In this document: one piece after another, positions 53,466 to 64,000 of the stretch
How the letters are laid out: every line of letters begins with the position of its first letter
Numbering within the stretch: the first letter of the stretch is position 1
Notes under the pieces: generated by a model
What the model saw: the letters and a program-made list of their open reading frames with translations, nothing else
Databases searched by the model: none
What the model was told of the DNA's origin: nothing
Made by a program: the position numbers and the translations under genes
NCBI RefSeq assembly: GCF_003704095.1
Contig: NW_020844790.1
Coordinates: forward strand, 62,001-126,000
Source of the DNA: Pocillopora damicornis
Taxonomy: Eukaryota
Length of the DNA stretch: 64,000 nt
Reading direction: 5' to 3'

Positions 53466-53678
53466 AAAATCGAAAAAAATCTATTAAATTGGAGAAATAT
53501 AACCGTACATTATCTTGGCGTACGTCACTTAATTACGTCAACAAAGTTTCACTTTTGTAAAATACGTGAAGGATAAGTAACTGATGCAAGGGGAAAAAAC
53601 ACTCCTGTGAATATTTAATTAACCCTAAAGTGACTATTATCGAATTTCCTCGCACAGTGCACTCTTGACCCAACCATC

Positions 53679-54785
53679 AATGTCATTAAGAAAATGATCA
53701 TAGGCGAGAGAAGATATTGATTGCTACACAAATTCTCCTTTTTATTATCATAGCAAATGTATGGAGGACATTTATTTTCATAGAAAATATAGGTACTGAT
53801 TTTAGGGTTTGGAAACGCAACAAACTTAGCTAGCTGGGGGAATTATTAACTTGGTAGGCGTACCGTCATATATCAAATGATGCTCAGCTAGCCAGGTCAG
53901 AAAGTTCTGAGCCGCCTTGACCAACTCTTTGTTTCTTGATGTTTACACACTAAAACATTTGCAGCAGTCTAAATGTATATCGCAAAAGTATAAACTAACG
54001 CTGAAGAAGACGTACTCTACAAATAATGAATTTCAAGTTCTCTGCGGGGACGAAGAATTTAAGGCAACTAAACAGCCCTTTAACGTGAAACGAAGAGGGG
54101 CTCCCTTCTGATGCATTCATATCCATCCCATAATGAAGAAAACGGCAAATTAAATAACAAGAGACAAATGAATTGATTAACTAAATTACAACCCTATGGC
54201 ATGAAGTATCTACAGGCAGAACTAACCGCCTTATTTACCAAATAAGTTGAAAATACATATCGTGAGTCATACCTTCCTTAATATCTCCAGAGCGCGCAAT
54301 ATAAAATAGTTAATTTCCAGTGGTGTGCTAAAATCTTCTTGAAGAAAGGACAAGGAAACAAATGTCATTAAGGAAATGATCATAGGCGAGAGAAGATATT
54401 GATTGCTACACAAATTCTCCTTTTTATTATCATAGCAAATGTATGGAGGACAGTTATTTTCATAGAAAATATAGGTACTGATTTTAGGGTTTGCAAACGC
54501 AACAAACTTAGCTAGCTGGGGGAATTATCGACTTGGTAGGCGTACCGTCATATATCAAATGATGCTCAGCTAGCCAGGTCAGAAAGTTCTGAGCCGCCTT
54601 GACAAAACAAAAAGAGACAAATGAATTGATTAACTAAATTACAACCCTATGGCATGGAGTATCTACAGGCAGAACTAACCGCCTTATTTACCAAATAAGT
54701 TGAAAATACATATCGTGAGTCATACCTTCCCTAATATCTCCAGTGGTGTGCTAAAATCTTCTTGAAGAAAGGACAAGGAAACAAA
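53679..54785. repeat. Tandem duplication: unit 53679-54362 and an internally deleted copy 54361-54785
   Basis: Near-identical blocks aatgtcattaag..gagccgccttgac and gagacaaatgaattg..caaggaaacaaa each occur twice. Confidence 0.9.
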
Positions 54786-56188
54786 ATAAAGAGGGAGGTG
54801 GGGAGTGTCAATTTAAACCTCCGCATCCCCCCTTCCTTCTATGTCTTACGGTTGAAGGGAACCTCAGGCCTCTCGCCATGTAAAAGTTCCAAAATATGTG
54901 ACAATTGCTTTTCTCACTGATAAATTCTTAAAGTTTACATAGCGTTCTCGAATCTTGGCATGAGATGTGAAACATCAAATCAACAGTTTACCACTGAGTT
55001 CTCATTAAATATTTATTATTCCCACTTTTCTCACAATAGGTAAGCCGACAAGCTTAATGTTATATTTAAAACCATAGACCTGTATTTAAAACCATAGACC
55101 TCCATTATCTAAAAATATCCATGCATTTCTTCGAAATCATCTTTTTCTTGGTTTCTCATCGCCTCGAGGTCATCCAAAAGGGTCCAGAAGTTAAAAGGGC
55201 GGATACTGTTAGCCAATGGATAAATCGCTATCCAGTGGATAAGTGTCAACAAACCGTACTGTGATTTCCACCGAAAAGGGATTATTTTCTCAGTCAATTA
55301 TGTTATCCACCCATCGAAAAACCGGAGCCAAATCGTTCCAAAGAAAATCTGCTCGACAAGCCCTTTTAAGCTGTATGCGGTTCAACCTGCACATTAAATT
55401 GATATTGTTCTGAAATTAAAGTTGAAATTGAAGTTGAAGCTATAATAGTAGAACAATGAACTGGTTGGCAAAGTGTGCCAATCCCAAGTCAAAATTTCTA
55501 GTTCGTCATACAAATACACACTTTGTTTAATCTAAAACCAATGCAACTTTCAAGTGCTTGCTCAGGATGAAAACTAAACGATTATATTAAGCTAGTTTAA
55601 TTTCCGTAATTGTATTTCTTTGAAGGCTGTTGCCGGTTCACTTGATTGTCTAATTGCATTCCTTTTGTAAATAGTCAGGTTAACATAATTGCTCAATTAT
55701 GTACTAGCTATGGAAAGGATGTTTGTTTACAAAACTTGCTTTGTTTAGCGTTCGGCTCATGTCAAAAGAAATGAGTAACTCAAATAAATACAAAGCTTTT
55801 TAGTTCGCTTGAAATTTCCAAATTGTTTTCACACCAGGCTGTTATTTTCAATTAGTTAGATCATGCATGGATAAAATTTCGGTTTTTAAACCTCAGTGAC
55901 ACCTTTTGTCAACATTTATCCTCTAGCCTACCAATAAAAGGAGCTGACTCATGAAAAATACTGAAAAATTCAAAAAACGAAATAGTCGTTAGTTTTGGTT
56001 GTAATTACCACTGTTATACATCACAGTTTTGGCAAAAACATATAGGCCAAATATAAATCACTTTATTTTACATTTTACAATACAATTATAAAACTAAGAC
56101 CGGAAGTTCAATTTACTCCAGGATTTATCGTCTAACAGCCTCTTGTTATAAGTTGATTATATCCTTTCCTGAGCCTGCTTTCTTTCAT

Positions 56189-57187
56189 CTAGATTGCCAT
56201 CTTGTTCAGCGGAATTGTTAAGGGAGACTCTGTGCTTACAGACGACAATTGTAGATTCAAACGTGAGACTGACCTCAGTCGCCTTAAACAAGCATGGCAG
56301 TCCAGCATGTTCTTGAAAGCTTTGCGGAAATTTTCTAATCTCCACGCATACACGAAAGGATTTACCCCTGAATTGCCCATCACAAGAACAACCTGGATAT
56401 CTCTGACCCAATGAATAAACACACAATCACAACTAGTACAAAAGCTTATGATATAGATACAAATACACGAAGGAAGATAAAAGACAAGAAATAGAGTTAA
56501 CACTATAACCAATGTTTTGGTTATTTTAGCCTCCCACTTCACCGCTCGTTTCAAAGCCAAATTCTCCTCTGAGCTGTCATGCAGACTGTCCCATTGCCGT
56601 ACTTGGCAACGCAGATACTTGAAAATCTTGGTAGTGGTGAATATCAGGACAGCGAAGGTGATAGCTATAGCAGTGTTGGCAAATACAAAGCGAAATTTGT
56701 TGAAGCCAATAATGAAGTAGACCATCGGAAGCAGAGCTGAAATAATCCATACCGCCACAGATATCAATAAAGCTCTGATGGAGCTAAGTTTGGCTCTGTA
56801 CTGCAGAGGATACGTAATAGCGCAATAACGATCTAGTGCCAAGGCTATAAGGCTGAGAAGGGACGCTGTACATGAAGTGAAGTAAAGAATGTGCGACACG
56901 TCTTTGAAACCTTGGTGAAGCATACCGACCCCTTCAAAGATGTGATACACTGTACTCAAAGGGCCAAGTACCAGACCAACGACGAGATCTGCTACACTAA
57001 GATTCACCAAAAAGTAAGTGAACGGCGAACGCAGGTCTTTGTTTGGGTTCAATAACACAGCAAGGACAACCAACGAGTTGCCAACGGAAGCAACAACGGT
57101 GATGAAAATCGATGTAGACGCAGTAAAGAACGAGAGATATGTTGGAGCCGATGTGTTGTCACAGGGATACTTGCCAATTAATGACAT
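56189..57187 (-). CDS. Intronless rhodopsin-class orphan GPCR, adenosine/melanocortin (MECA)-like, 332 aa
   Basis: GN (TM1), NLSVADL (TM2), LDRY (TM3), FYLP (TM6), GNSGVNPFVYAWR..FRKAF (TM7/H8); seven hydrophobic segments. Confidence 0.92.
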   Translation of the reverse strand: MSLIGKYPCDNTSAPTYLSFFTASTSIFITVVASVGNSLVVLAVLLNPNKDLRSPFTYFLVNLSVADLVVGLVLGPLSTVYHIFEGVGMLHQGFKDVSHILYFTSCTASLLSLIALALDRYCAITYPLQYRAKLSSIRALLISVAVWIISALLPMVYFIIGFNKFRFVFANTAIAITFAVLIFTTTKIFKYLRCQVRQWDSLHDSSEENLALKRAVKWEAKITKTLVIVLTLFLVFYLPSCICIYIISFCTSCDCVFIHWVRDIQVVLVMGNSGVNPFVYAWRLENFRKAFKNMLDCHACLRRLRSVSRLNLQLSSVSTESPLTIPLNKMAI

Positions 57188-57611
57188 TCTTTCTACTTCC
57201 TTACCTCAGGATTGTAATTTGCTGAAAGTAATCTTAGCAGCGAAGATTCTTTTCCTTTTCAAGCTGTTTGCTACACAAACGTTGTCAAATTTCAAATTCA
57301 CTGAGATAGAGCCAGATCATTCTCGGAACGCAGTTGCGCTAAACAGCGGTTTAACACGACAGTACACTGATACTTCCGGTTTTCTTTGTCTCGAACATTT
57401 CATTTTCGTTAAAAGCGAAATCAACTGAATATGCGACAATAATAACATACATTGAAAAAGCATCTTAAAGCTTAAAGAAACTAGTAAATGGCCAGCGTTT
57501 ATAATCAGTTTATTTGCTAATGGGAATATATAATTAGTCATGCACATCATTTATTCTATAAGTAAAAGCCTTTCTACTTCTGATAATATCGAGAATTATG
57601 TTAAAGGTCAA

Positions 57612-58052
57612 ACGTGACTGACTCGATTAAGTGTTGTCTGGGTTTCTAGGATTTTCTTTTGGTTTTCGACGCCTAATTCACACTGTAGATTAGGTACAAA
57701 ACGCATCTATATTAAAGATTAAGCAAAACGCGACCCTGAGTACATATTTCTAGCACAAATTTGCAATTTGTCAGACTTCCAAAAAAGACTTCCTTAGGGC
57801 GCGGAAGCGTCCATCTTAGTAAGTAATCCAACAGATGTTTAAATTTGACATGACACCAAATTTGCCCGACTAAGGGTAACATTCGAATTCGGTGATTCAA
57901 TTCTCCCCTGCCTGTATTTCCCTAAACTATTCGTACGTTAGTCCCAATCAATTTTTAGGGCGAGTTTCCCCTGTGGATAAGTACCGGAAGATATTCAAGG
58001 TTGAAAGTAATATCGCCGACAGGTTATCAAATTCATGGTATTGCCTTTAAAT
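57612..58052. repeat. Upstream region of the 56189-57187 GPCR, duplicated in inverted orientation at 62795-63482
   Basis: tttaaatttgacatgacaccaaatttgcccgac and gttgaaagtaatatcgccgacaggttatc are reverse complements of sequence at ~63201-63233 and ~63087-63115. Confidence 0.85.
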
Positions 58053-58924
58053 CAGGGTCGTAACGAGGTATATTTTTTCGTCGCTGATCCCGTATTTTTA
58101 CGCAAATTTTTAATCCCTGATCCCAAAAGTGATGAAAATTTTGATCCCTGATCCCACAAAATTTTGTTGATCCCAGTGTATTTTCTATCCATAACTTTGT
58201 CTGGTAATCATTTTTTACCAATTCGCCAATGCGACATTAGACTAAAATAAAAATGAGCTACTTCACATTTCTTTCACTATATTATGATGGTCCAAAGTAT
58301 TAGAGTCCTACCTGAATTATCTCGGTTCCCACTTCTTTTGTTCGTTTTTATCATTGTAGAATATTACCTCTGGCAATCATCGTTGAAGGATCCGTCACTT
58401 CGTTGACACGTGTTAACAATCTTGACTTTTCTCAAATTTAACTATCAGGTGAATTTCACTTAATTCAAAACACACTAACTAGTGCAATACTATACAAATT
58501 CTAAACGTTTTATACGGGAAACACAAGGAAACAAATTTTTTCTAAAAATCTGATAACTTTCGAATCTATCCGCTTGAAAAAGCAGACTGCTTGAAATTGA
58601 CGTTGATATTAGCCTCATAAACTTTAATAAACTTTCTGTAACCAAAATTAGAATAAAACGTATTTATCGCAGCGACCTTCCTCGACATTCGTTTGAAAAA
58701 GAAAAACCGTTTGGTGATGCTATAAACTTTCAAATTTCATGAGCATGCGACCTAGTCAGTTTATGATACAAGTTTTTGTTATCATCTATTTGCAGTATCT
58801 GTGCTATTTGTTAATCCGTTTTCTAGACATCTGAAAAAAATCTATTGAAAAATATCTATCGAGAAAATGTACAACGTGTGTGAAAATTTGACTCCGGAAA
58901 GGCCCTGGAATTGTTCTGAGCTTG

Positions 58925-59269
58925 TTAAAGCACAAATCGTGTCACCCTCCTGCCAGATCTACTGCGTCCAGCTTCGAAACGAGTCGGTTGGTCATCGTCG
59001 TCTTCACTTTTGTCGCCATCACTGTCGTCCTCACTACTGCTATCATAATCAGCCTCGTCAGAGCCGTTAGCCAAGTTTTTTAGGCGTTGCTCCTCGTTTC
59101 GGCATAGAATGAATTTCTCACCATCCTGAACCACCGTTACAATATCTAAAATACACTGAGGTGGGTTGTTGTTGTCTTCATTGCCTACAGTGTATAATAG
59201 TGCATCTTCATATCGAGAAATGGCCCATTGTTCCGGGTCAACTTTTCCAAACAAAAGTCCTGAGTAATT
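58925..59269 (-). other. C-terminal fragment of a probable transposon-encoded protein, cut by the assembly gap
   Basis: The ORF lies just beside the N gap and ends in an acidic tract plus RSRSGRRVTRFVL. A gatccc-rich repeat at 58052-58180 may be the element terminus. Family not identifiable by eye. Confidence 0.4.
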
Positions 59270-59807
59270 NNNNNNNNNNNNNNNNNNNNNNNNNNNNNNN
59301 NNNNNNNNNNNNNNNNNNNNNNNNNNNNNNNNNNNNNNNNNNNNNNNNNNNNNNNNNNNNNNNNNNNNNAGTTTTCAAATCTGGCGGTAACACGTCTATC
59401 CCGGCATGCAGTGAGAAGCTGTTTCTCAGTCTTCATTGGCAGGTCTAATTTTCGCGCTCAGATTTCTTAAAAATTGACTCGACTTAATAAAACAAACTTC
59501 CAAGGACCATGACTTAATTTATGTTTTTCGAACTAAAAAAGTGCAATTAAGATGCAATAAACATGTAAGTTTAATAAACCGTTGGTAACCAGTTGTGAAA
59601 TTTTTCATGAAAATCACAGTAAGCACAAAACGACCAAATTTTCATTTTATTGTAAGAGAGCTTTTGATGGGCGTGGCCGTCGGAAATATGATAGAACCTT
59701 TTGTTAACAAGGAGTTTCATATGGATACCGAGGAAATGGGATATTTGACAATCAGAGGAAAACGAACTTAAAAAAACCCACCAATGTACAGAAGTATTGC
59801 AGAAAAA

Positions 59808-60060
59808 TAATAATAATAATAATACAGTATTTATATAGCGCTATTTCTATTGCTATATTCAATAGCGCTTTACAATTCATTTATAACAATTAACATTTTA
59901 TATGATCAAAGGCACTTTACAATTAGTGTCTCTTCCACCCATCCCACCCCAGGGGAGGACATCCACCACACAGTAATCTCGTGCGTGGGAAATTAACGTC
60001 TCCTACCCCAACCCTGCAGGAGACGGGGCCTACGGTTTTACGTCCTATCCGAGAAGACGT
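59808..60060 (-). mobile_element. 5'-truncated SINE/LINE 3' end with (ATT)n tail
   Basis: The minus strand ends ..gtaaagcgctattgaat..agcgctatataaatactgt(att)n. The insert is absent from the paralogous segment near 53380-53400 and sits in an A-rich site. Confidence 0.65.
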
Positions 60061-61114
60061 GGAAAAAAAGTGGAAAGAACATCAGTGAATTTGGTGTTAG
60101 TACAATAGAAAATATTTACTAGTTTCAAAAATCCAATAAGTTTCTTTTCAGTCTAAATAAGGAGACAGTTACACTTATAAGTTATTAAATATTTGCTTAA
60201 CCCATGCAAAAAAGGAAATTGAAAAAAGGAACCGTTTCATCATAAATAATTTACACATGAAAAGATATATACTCAGCTGGCTTAGCTTTAAAACTGATAA
60301 GATCATGAGGCATTGTGAAATTAGGCCAGAACCGTGAAAGTAAACGTTTCTCTCTTTTACCAGTTGTGTTTCTGACATTTTTGGTCATAGACTTCAACCT
60401 GCGCAACAAGCTCATACTTTTAAAAGTATCTGCCTACACTAAAAGGGAACCTTAAGCTTCTTGCGAGGGAGAAAGTTGAAATAATGGTGAGCAACGAAAA
60501 CTACTAATGTGCGGAGCTTACGTCCTTTGAAAGGGAAAAGAGTTGTTTTTTGTTTGCGAGGAAGTTAATTTTACGGAGGATTGAGCATGTTTCTATTCTT
60601 CCAAATCAAAAGGAAAGCGTTAAACAAGTTAGTTATCACAGTTTCTTTCCCTCTACTGACATTTTTGGATTTTGTATATTTTAATGCAAGTTGGGTTTTC
60701 GAGAAAAAATGAGAGAGAAAGAGAGAGAGCAACGACTTAAGGTAGACATTAGGAAGGAATCGAACAACATACAGAGCTGAAATGCCATGAGGTAAATGAC
60801 TAGGAGAATACCTCAGATAGCGCGATGAGATTTGCCCATTCGCTAGCATTGAGGCAATTTTCCATGTTTTATTTTTTGCTCGTTCTGAAAATTCCATTTT
60901 TTTTTTAAATTTCTAGAAAATTAGGTGCTTATGGTTAAAATAAGATTAAGGTCCACAAAAATGAACCTTTTTATTTAGTTTCATGTTTATCGCTCGCCGC
61001 TGAGGTTTGTTAATACGTGTCAGGCTAGATGGAGCGCAGAATACTTTAGTCGAATATGAATAAGGAATAGTTGAAACTTGAGGTTTATAAAAAATCAAAA
61101 TGAAGGGATGGCAT

Positions 61115-61663
61115 TGTAAATGTTTCTTTTCAAGCTAGAGTGGCTAGATCGATTCCCGGGTTGATACACGCGCATGCGGTAAACACCAAACCAAAATAGG
61201 ATCTTTTCTTTATTTATTCCTTTTCTATTCCTTGAGGCGTTATTATATCAAAGCGGTCAACTGAAATTATTACGTAAAGAAATCACCTAAGTATTATGAT
61301 CATAGCTTTAAAATAATCTCGATTTCGGAAACGAGCACGTGTCAATTAAAGGAACCAAAAGAACGGTAAAAATGAGCGATAAATTTTGGTTTGAATAACG
61401 ACTACAAGCTAGAGAACATAATCACAAAACACGTTATTGCTTACTAACGTTCGCGGGTCTTGATTACTTTATCGAGGATTACAGTCTAACTTGTCTTCTT
61501 TTCAAAAACGATCTTGATGACACGGAGTCTTATCTTGAACTGAAACGCTAACTGTAATTTTCTGTCAGAAAAGAACTAATCACGGGGGCGTCAACCTAAC
61601 CAGAAAATATTTCGCAGCTTTTCTCGGGAGCGGTAACACTAAGCTTCAACGGAAGCAGTTACA
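61115..61663. mobile_element. Solo LTR (549 bp) of an LTR retrotransposon
   Basis: Termini TGTAAATGTTTC..GAAGCAGTTACA (imperfect inverted repeats, TG..CA) with a 5-bp TSD GGCAT (61110-61114, 61664-61668). The paralogous segment near 52170-52200 is the empty site. Confidence 0.8.
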
Positions 61664-62822
61664 GGCATCTTGATGCTGCATCTTTGTCTAATTTGAAAAC
61701 ACTTTTTTTTTATTTTGGTTATTTATGCCTCTCTTATAGGGCTCCTAGCGAAAGCCGACAACTGCCAGCTTTTTTAATAACGTCGTATGTCGTACAACGT
61801 GGAACCATCAGAACTGAAATACATTTGGAAAAGACATTCTAGGCCTGAAGTGGGAATTGAAGAATAGTGAGTAGAATTTTTTTTCTTATATTTTTAAGTG
61901 TGTTTCATACAGGTAACTTTTCCAGAACATTGTGCATATTACTTGGTTAGAAAACGTGGTTTTGTCAACTTCCTGTCAACGTTGTATAATTGTGCAAAGT
62001 AAGGTATAGAACGTTATTATGATAAAAATTTAAGACTTAGACTTAAATGTAAGAGTGTCGATCGTAATCACCCATTAATATCAAACAAAATTATGGACAA
62101 AAGTGACGTAGGAATGTCCGAATTGTTTCTCGATATGGAAAAGAAAATAGTTTTAAAAAAAAGTTATGGTATATTCATAGCGATTGATACTTACATACAC
62201 TTCTCTGATCAATCCAATGCTGTAAAGGGCAAAACAACCGTGGTACTAAGGTAATGGTCGTTAAAATAAAGAAAAAGAACCTTGATCAGGTCTTGTAACT
62301 TCTGAGCAATGTAAATAATTTAATACGGGTTCATAGGGTCGAAATGGCTTTGACTCGATCTCAAAAGCGACGATTATCTCTTTTCGAACTTGATATATGC
62401 ATAATAACTGTTATTCATGTTTGTCTGACACATACTGGGGAACGGAATGCAAAACATGTAAACGTTCTAAGCGATATTACAAAAGTATTATTCAATTGTG
62501 ATAAGTCGAAGGCAACAAAATGTCAGGTTAACACAGAGAAAATTTGAACAAAATCTCCACTAAGTCATCATTTGTTGCCTTCATGCATCTTTTTTATACT
62601 TATTGCCGAAAACAAACCAACAAAATGTCAAATGTCAACAGAATTTTGTCATGAAGACTAAGCAACAGAGTAAATGCCTCAATGCTATCTTGTAGACACA
62701 CATTCACCTACCTTACACTTTTTTGCACGGAAATTGCGTTATGCCGTATGTACTATCGATTGCATTTCTTTGCTTACTTGGTGCCCTTCTAGAAATTTAA
62801 GGACATACCATGTATTCGATAA

Positions 62823-62823
62823 A

Positions 62824-62868
<45 letters not shown>

Positions 62869-63078
62869 TATAGCAGGTAATTTAGTGTTAACAACTGGGT
62901 TGAAAACGTAAATTAGCCACCGTAAAGGGTAAAAAAGCTGACGTTTCGAGCGTTAGCCCTTCGTCAGAGCGATTGATTTTATCGCTCTGACGAAGGGCTA
63001 ACGCTCGAAACGTCAGCTTTTTTACCCTTTACGGTGGCTAATTTACGTTTTCAACCCTGTTGTTAACACTAAATTACC
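62823..63078. mobile_element. Penelope-like element terminal repeat in inverted (hairpin) configuration with target-site duplication
   Basis: Arms 62876-62973 and 62981-63078 are reverse complements (one mismatch seen) around a 7-nt loop, with an extra tail at 62823-62875. The element is flanked by the direct repeat TACCATGTATTCGATAA (62806-62822 and 63075-63091). Confidence 0.8.
62984..63017 (+). ncRNA. Minimal type I hammerhead ribozyme motif (Penelope-type); mirror copy on the minus strand at 62937-62970
   Basis: GCT-CTGACGA-A-GGGC-TAAC-GCTC-GAAA-CGTC-AGC: stem I GCU/AGC, CUGANGA core, stem II GGGC/GCUC, GAAA core, palindromic ACGU stem III, predicted GUC cleavage site after 63014. Confidence 0.75.
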
Positions 63079-64000
63079 ATGTATTCGATAACCTGTCGGC
63101 GATATTACTTTCAACTTTGAATATCTCTGAGTACTTATCTACATGGGAAACTAGGGAAATACCGGCAGGGGAGAAAAGAATCACCGTATGTTACCCGTAG
63201 GTCGGGCAAATTTGGTGTCATGTCAAATTTAAACCGATCGAACATTAGCAAAAATATTTGTTGGATTACTGATTAAAATGAACAATTGCGCGCCTCGAGG
63301 GAGTCTTTTTGGAAGTCTGCCAAATTGCAAATTTGTAGCTAGAAATATGTACTCAGGATTGCGTTTTGCGTAGTCTTTGCTGTAGATGCGTTTTATACTC
63401 AAGCTCCAGTGTGAATTTGGCGTCGAGAACCAAAAGAAAATCTTAGAAATTCAGACAAACCTTAATCGACAGGTGAGTCACGAGAAAAAATTTGAAAAAA
63501 ATCTCCACTTAGTCATCATTTGTTGCCTTCGTGCATCTTTTTTAACACTTATTGCCGAAAACAAACCAACAAAAGTCAAATGTCAACAAAATTTTGTCAT
63601 GGAGACTAAGCAATAGAGTAAATGTCTCAATGCGATCTTGCAGACACACATTCAGCTACCTTACACTTTTTTGCGCGGAAATTACATTATACCGTATGCT
63701 CCACTAGGAATTTAAATTTCTTCTCTCAAATTCACCTGAACTGCGTTTGTTTGACATGAATTACCAAAGACGATCTATAATCTATAATTAAAGAGCCCAA
63801 ACAAGAAGTGGGAAGTTCATTTCTAACATTAATTTTCATCTTGGCTTGAAACCAACAGTTTCTATCGTAACCATAGCTACCNNNNNNNNNNNNNNNNNNN
63901 NNNNNNNNNNNNNNNNNNNNNNNNNNNNNNNNNNNNNNNNNNNNNNNNNNNNNNNNNNNNNNNNNNNNNNNNNNNNNNNNNGGGCAATTTTACGAAATCC

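Larger units (their letters stand above)
59730..62003. repeat. Right arm of the inverted segmental duplication, with two younger TE insertions and a ~200-bp deletion
   Basis: Colinear reverse-complement match to 51796-53465, interrupted at 59808-60060 and 61115-61663. Confidence 0.9.
62546..63700. repeat. ~200-bp direct repeat, copies at 62546-62750 and 63495-63700
   Basis: aaatctccact(a/t)agtcatcatttgttgccttc..ttattgccgaaaacaaaccaacaaaa..ccttacacttttttgc occurs twice. Confidence 0.88.

Noticed and set aside
57018-57428. 136-aa plus-strand ORF
   Set aside because: Antisense shadow overlapping the GPCR start, with no ATG start and no motifs.
60571-60897. 108-aa ORF in the duplicated arm
   Set aside because: The paralogous arm has no corresponding ORF in the track and differs by indels.

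Overview
Eukaryotic, AT-rich, intron-containing animal DNA. The gene families and repeats suggest a cnidarian, probably a stony coral (inference). Manual splicing gives seven protein-coding genes, six of them membrane receptors. (1) A head-to-head pair of Eph-receptor-like genes (minus 10686..1298; plus 16513..21160) with signal peptide, ephrin-binding domain, Cys-rich region, FN3 and TM, but no tyrosine kinase or SAM domain. (2) An intronless neuropeptide-type class A GPCR (minus 24288..23284). (3) A tail-to-tail pair of 7-exon secretin/adhesion-class 7TM receptors with a somatomedin-B domain and no GPS/GAIN (plus 33868..39134; minus 49530..42750). (4) Between that pair, a 3-exon orphan gene for a ~184-aa coiled-coil, tail-anchored protein that the ORF track mostly misses (minus 41469..39821). 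(5) An intronless MECA-like orphan class A GPCR (minus 57187..56189) whose flanks are duplicated in inverted orientation at 59.7-63.5 kb. Non-coding DNA holds several Penelope-like repeats with minimal hammerhead ribozyme motifs, including a near-perfect 98-bp hairpin with a ribozyme on each strand. It also holds a solo LTR with a 5-bp TSD, SINE fragments and MITEs. Three assembly gaps are present. All coordinates and translations were read by eye; no searches were run.
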